Both the position numbers and the translations under genes were made by a program. Of a stretch of DNA of 61,152 bases, positions 57,087 through 61,152 are shown piece by piece (the first letter of the stretch is position 1; every line of letters begins with the position of its first letter). A model generated the notes under the pieces. It was not told the DNA's origin, made no database searches, and worked only from the letters and a program-made list of their open reading frames with translations. Origin of the DNA: a virus (taxonomy: Duplodnaviria; Caudoviricetes); IMG/VR virus record IMGVR_UViG_3300020473_000029, positions 1 through 61,152 of that record; one strand, given 5' to 3'.

Positions 57087-57719
57087 ATGGCAAGCGAATC
57101 AGATTTAATAAGAAGATATACTGGTGCGTTTTCACCAGAAGAATGTCTACTGTTAAGAAGAGATATAGATCTTTTAGATAATACCAATATTCTGTATAAT
57201 AACCAAGATGATGGAACAGATTTTAAGGATTATAATGTAAATAGGGGTCTTCCAAATAATATCCATTATGATATTGCTTCTACATCTCATATTGCAAGCA
57301 AAGCATTTCGTGGATTTAGACCTTGTGTTGAGGAATATTTAAAAACCTTTACAACATTAGGAAGATATGCACATCTATTGTATGATTGTAAAGTGAAAAA
57401 AATACCAGTGGGAGGTGGATTTCATAGATGGCACCATGAGAATGGACTCCTTGACTATGCTACAAGATCGTTTGTAGTTCAACTATATTTAAATGATAAT
57501 TTTGAAGGTGGTGAGACAGAATTTTTATATCAAAATAGAAGAGAAAAAGCAGTGGAAGGTGATGTTCTAATTTTTCCTGCAGCATTTACGCATGTTCATA
57601 GGGGCAATCCACCAATAGGTAATGTGAAATATCTTATAAATTCTTGGGGCACGAGGTTACAGTCATCTTATGCATCTGCTGTAGGTTTATTTTCTCAAGA
57701 TACTATGGGTAAGATGTAA
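57087..57719 (+). CDS. 2OG-Fe(II) oxygenase
   Basis: WHHE, LYLND.FEGGETEF, FPA.FTHVHRGNPP; TG-A-TATAAT at 57051-57059. Confidence 0.88.
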   Translation: MASESDLIRRYTGAFSPEECLLLRRDIDLLDNTNILYNNQDDGTDFKDYNVNRGLPNNIHYDIASTSHIASKAFRGFRPCVEEYLKTFTTLGRYAHLLYDCKVKKIPVGGGFHRWHHENGLLDYATRSFVVQLYLNDNFEGGETEFLYQNRREKAVEGDVLIFPAAFTHVHRGNPPIGNVKYLINSWGTRLQSSYASAVGLFSQDTMGKM

Positions 57720-57723
57720 TATT

Positions 57724-58152
57724 ATGAATCTTGATAAAATTCAGGAGATGTGGGAGCGTGATGCTGTCATTGATCCTGATAATCTACATGATGAATCTTT
57801 AAAAATTCCAGTTTTACACTCAAAGTATTATACAATCTATAATACTATTACTTTGATGCGTGAAAAAGCAAGGGATCAATATAGCAAGATAAAATTAGAA
57901 AGGTATAATTTTTATACTGGTAAGGCACCAGCAGAGGTGTATGTTGAAGAACCATTTCCTTATAAAGTTAGGGAAAAGGATGCAATACAGAGGCACTTAG
58001 ATGCTGATGAAAGATTAAATCAAATAGATTTAAAGATTAGATATTATGATGCTACTCTAAAATTTTTAGAAGAAATAATAAAAAATGTATCTAATAGAAC
58101 GTATCAAATTAAAAACGCTATAGAATGGAATAGATTCCAAGCAGGAATGTAA
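57724..58152 (+). CDS. uvsY: Recombination mediator UvsY
   Basis: IP.LHSKY...YTGKA...R.YQIKNAIEW motifs; synteny. Confidence 0.9.
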   Translation: MNLDKIQEMWERDAVIDPDNLHDESLKIPVLHSKYYTIYNTITLMREKARDQYSKIKLERYNFYTGKAPAEVYVEEPFPYKVREKDAIQRHLDADERLNQIDLKIRYYDATLKFLEEIIKNVSNRTYQIKNAIEWNRFQAGM

Positions 58153-58165
58153 TAAATAAATTTTT

Positions 58166-58229
58166 AACTGTGAGGGAAGGAGTCGAACCTTCAAGTCCCG
58201 CCAGCAACATCAGTTTAAGATAAACTGAT
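58166..58229 (-). pseudogene. 3' half of a tRNA-like gene
   Basis: Minus strand GAAGG-TTCGACT-CCTTC T-arm, long variable region and 3' acceptor strand; no matching 5' acceptor strand or D-arm. Confidence 0.6.
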
Positions 58230-58269
58230 TTATTTAGTCTATAAATATTTTTAGTGATGTTTAAATTTC

Positions 58270-59736
58270 ATGACACATTTGATTATATCAAAAAAGAATG
58301 AGGTTTATCTACAAATAAAAGCAGAACCTCACATTTATTATGAATTAGCAGATCAATTTACTTTTGAAGTACCTGGTGCGAAGTTCTCACCAGCATACAA
58401 AAAGAAATTTTGGGATGGTAAGATAAGACTATTTAATACCCAAACTAGAGAAATATATGTTGGGTTATTGGATAGAATAATGCAATTTTGTAGAGATCAC
58501 GAATATACTTCCGAATTTGTAGAAAGTAAATATTATGGTCTTCCTTTTGAAGTTAATGAAGGAATATCAAAAGAAGGTGTGAAAGATTATATGAATGCTA
58601 TTTGCAAATATTCCCCTCGTCAATATCAAGTTCAGGGAGTATACGACGCTCTAAGACATAATAGAAAGTTGTTGATATCCCCAACTGCATCAGGAAAGTC
58701 TCTGATGATATATTCGATTGTGAGATATTTTGTTGAGAACAAGAAAAATACTCTGATAGTCGTTCCGACGACTTCCCTAGTAGAGCAAATGTATAAAGAC
58801 TTTGCGGATTATGGTTGGGACGTTGGTTCATTTTGTCACAAGATATACGCAGGTAAAGAAAGAGAGACGGACTCTCAAGTCATTATTACTACTTGGCAAT
58901 CAATCTACAAACTCCCCAGAAAGTATTTTGAGAGATTCTCTGTTGTGGTTGGGGATGAGGCTCACCAGTTTAAATCAAAGTCACTAATATCTATAATGAC
59001 AAAACTTAGTGATGCCAAATATAGATTTGGATTTACTGGCACACTTGATGGAACCCAGACACATAAGTGGGTTCTTGAGGGATTATTTGGACCTTCCTAT
59101 AAAATTATTAAAACTGACGAGCTTATGAAGAAAGGTCATGTTGCGACGTTAGATATTAATGTACTTCTATTGAAACACTCACCGAATAAATTTGAAACAT
59201 TTGAGGATGAAGTTCAATATATTATTACTAATGATCGTAGAAATAATTTTATTAAAAATCTTGCTTTAGATTTAAAAGGTAATACTTTAATATTATTTGC
59301 TAGAGTAGAAAAACATGGAGAACCATTATATAATTTAATAAATAATAATAACATTATTGAAAATCGTCAAGTATTTTTTGTACATGGCGGTGTTGAAACC
59401 GAAGATAGAGAACAAATTCGTGATATTACCGAAAGGGAAAACAACGCAATTATAGTGGCATCTTATGGAACTTTCTCCACAGGAATTAACATTAAAAATC
59501 TTCATAACGTCATTTTTGCTTCACCTTCTAAATCAAGAATTAGGAACTTACAATCTATCGGAAGAGTCCTAAGAAAAGGTGATAACAAATCCAAAGCAAC
59601 CTTATATGACATTGCTGATGATATTAGTTATAAGTCCAGAAAAAATTACACTCTCAATCATTTAATTGAAAGAATCAAAGTTTATAATGAGGAAAATTTC
59701 AATTATGATATAGTTAATATACCTTTTAAAAACTAA
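58270..59736 (+). CDS. uvsW: DNA helicase UvsW
   Basis: PTASGKS, DEAH, TGT and QSIGRVLR SF2 motifs. Confidence 0.95.
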   Translation: MTHLIISKKNEVYLQIKAEPHIYYELADQFTFEVPGAKFSPAYKKKFWDGKIRLFNTQTREIYVGLLDRIMQFCRDHEYTSEFVESKYYGLPFEVNEGISKEGVKDYMNAICKYSPRQYQVQGVYDALRHNRKLLISPTASGKSLMIYSIVRYFVENKKNTLIVVPTTSLVEQMYKDFADYGWDVGSFCHKIYAGKERETDSQVIITTWQSIYKLPRKYFERFSVVVGDEAHQFKSKSLISIMTKLSDAKYRFGFTGTLDGTQTHKWVLEGLFGPSYKIIKTDELMKKGHVATLDINVLLLKHSPNKFETFEDEVQYIITNDRRNNFIKNLALDLKGNTLILFARVEKHGEPLYNLINNNNIIENRQVFFVHGGVETEDREQIRDITERENNAIIVASYGTFSTGINIKNLHNVIFASPSKSRIRNLQSIGRVLRKGDNKSKATLYDIADDISYKSRKNYTLNHLIERIKVYNEENFNYDIVNIPFKN

Positions 59737-60158
59737 TGGTCGATGAATTTTACGCAACAATTAAATTAATAACTGGAGAAGAAATTTTTGGTTTGGTTTC
59801 TGTTGAAGAAGATACAGAAAATCCTATAATATTAATTACTCATCCAGTTACAATAAAAATGATTAATGCTATTGAAGGTTCTATGGTTAAATTAAATACT
59901 TGGTTAAATGTACCAGGAGATGACCCAGTTGTTATTAAATGGGATAAAGTTGTTACTATGACAGAAATTAAAGATAAAGCAATTATTTCAATATATAATA
60001 ATTACTTAGAAGATGAAAAATTTTATATAACTAAAGTTAGATCAGCAGATAATAACGTAAAAAATAAATTAACTGATAAGATGGGATATATATCAACTGT
60101 AAATGATGCCCGTAAGTATCTTGAAGGAATATATAAACAATCTACAAAGGATAGCTAA
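59736..60158 (+). CDS. Conserved hypothetical protein (Sm-like fold candidate)
   Basis: IKLITGEEI...KMGYISTV.DAR..LE; usual position between uvsW and gp55. Confidence 0.8.
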   Translation: MVDEFYATIKLITGEEIFGLVSVEEDTENPIILITHPVTIKMINAIEGSMVKLNTWLNVPGDDPVVIKWDKVVTMTEIKDKAIISIYNNYLEDEKFYITKVRSADNNVKNKLTDKMGYISTVNDARKYLEGIYKQSTKDS

Positions 60159-60207
60159 TAGATCCCCTTCAACCCTCACAAAGGTATTCTACTTATAGAT
60201 TAAGGTC

Positions 60208-60236
60208 TTGTCAAGCTCTTAAACTAGTGCTATAAT
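60208..60236 (+). promoter_or_regulatory. Sigma70 promoter for gp55
   Basis: TTGTCA (60208-60213), 17 bp, TG-C-TATAAT (60231-60236). Confidence 0.75.
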
Positions 60237-60260
60237 AGATTCAACATTAAAAACAATGTT

Positions 60261-60740
60261 ATGGCAAAAAAGAAATCAGAACACTATGTAAATAATAAAG
60301 AATTGTTAGAAGCATTAATTGTTTATAGAGCAAAAGTTGCGGAAGCAGCAGAACTTGGAAAACCTAAACCTAGAATTACAAATTACATTGGTGAATGTTT
60401 TTTAAAGATTGCTACACATTTATCTTTTAAACCAAACTTTGTTAATTATATGTTTAGAGAAGATATGATATCTGATGGTATAGAAAATTGTGTGCAGTAT
60501 ATTCATAATTTTGATCCAGAGAAATCTAGAAATCCATTTGCATATTTTACACAGATTATTCATTATGCTTTCTTGAGAAGGATTCAAAAAGAGAAAAAAC
60601 AGTTAGAAATTAAAACAAAGATTATTGAACGATCAGGATTTGATGAAGTTATGGTCGTAGATGATACTGCTCTTTCTGGTGCTAGTTCTGATTATAACAC
60701 TATTAAAGATAACGTACAATATAAGTCTTCCAATAGATAA
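60261..60740 (+). CDS. gp55: Late sigma factor gp55
   Basis: HYVNNKE, PNFVNY..REDMISDG and NPFAYFTQI..AFLRRI motifs. Confidence 0.95.
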   Translation: MAKKKSEHYVNNKELLEALIVYRAKVAEAAELGKPKPRITNYIGECFLKIATHLSFKPNFVNYMFREDMISDGIENCVQYIHNFDPEKSRNPFAYFTQIIHYAFLRRIQKEKKQLEIKTKIIERSGFDEVMVVDDTALSGASSDYNTIKDNVQYKSSNR

Positions 60741-60742
60741 CA

Positions 60743-61129
60743 ATGGCAATTGATGACGATGTAAAAATTTCTATCAACCTTAACAAGTTGGTAGAGGCAA
60801 GGGCAAAACTCTTAACTCAGTACGAAGATTACTCAAAAGCAGTAGCAACTGGTGAGTATCTTGATGAAGAGGACATAGATAGAATCGCAGTCAAACTGAG
60901 AGAGACTATCACTTGGGATGCACTTTGGTTTATGGTAGATGGTGCAATACTAGATTATATGGGTTTAAAAAATCCAAACAAACCTAATTATGGTGAGAGA
61001 AGTATTGAAACCATTGAACTAACAATGGAGAAGGAAAAGAAAGAAAGAGAGAAGGAGTTTAAGAAGAATTTCAAGATGGTTAAATTAGAATCACCATCAT
61101 GGACAATTGAAGTTCCAGTACGTAAATAA
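60743..61129 (+). CDS. Hypothetical protein
   Basis: 128-aa ORF between gp55 and gp47. Confidence 0.75.
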   Translation: MAIDDDVKISINLNKLVEARAKLLTQYEDYSKAVATGEYLDEEDIDRIAVKLRETITWDALWFMVDGAILDYMGLKNPNKPNYGERSIETIELTMEKEKKEREKEFKKNFKMVKLESPSWTIEVPVRK

Positions 61130-61152
61130 TGAAAGTAGCAATAATAACTGAT
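61129..61152 (+). CDS. gp47: Start of recombination nuclease gp47 (truncated by the window)
   Basis: MKVAIITD metallophosphoesterase N-terminus; synteny after gp55. Confidence 0.7.

Noticed and set aside
15143-58987. Numerous 60-140 aa minus-strand and alternate-frame ORFs inside structural genes (e.g. 40298-40714, 53295-53669, 55397-55831)
   Set aside because: They are shadows of strongly biased codon usage in well-supported genes, with no RBS or motifs

Overview
A 61 kb stretch of a T4-like cyanomyovirus genome (Kyanoviridae-type; a Prochlorococcus/Synechococcus host is inferred from gene content and low GC). Bases ~1-11650 are an early/accessory region of about 40 small, mostly acidic ORFs. 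Many sit behind a repeated cassette: a 22-bp palindrome, a GC hairpin and a -10 box at fixed spacing. This region also holds a minus-strand GIY-YIG homing endonuclease, a 2OG-Fe(II) oxygenase, a cupin and a KxDG ligase-like protein. Bases ~11750-61152 are the conserved T4-type core: gp25, gp6, a 4628-aa gp7-like protein, gp8, VrlC-like, fibre, gp13-gp23, gp3, uvsY, uvsW, gp55 and the start of gp47, with TATAAATA late promoters. The most unusual structure is the ~4.6 kb block at 7000-11720. It is bracketed by two different non-coding repeat arrays: ATCTCGACTAGAT x4-5 behind divergent sigma70 promoters, and TATAAACAATT x5. It is also overprinted, including inside coding sequence, by a strand-biased TCGT motif and a cluster of TGTTAACA palindromes. 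This block is the best candidate for an undescribed system (origin, packaging/ejection signal or repeat-RNA locus). All calls come from motifs, synteny and manual reading; no database search was run, and motif counts are by eye.
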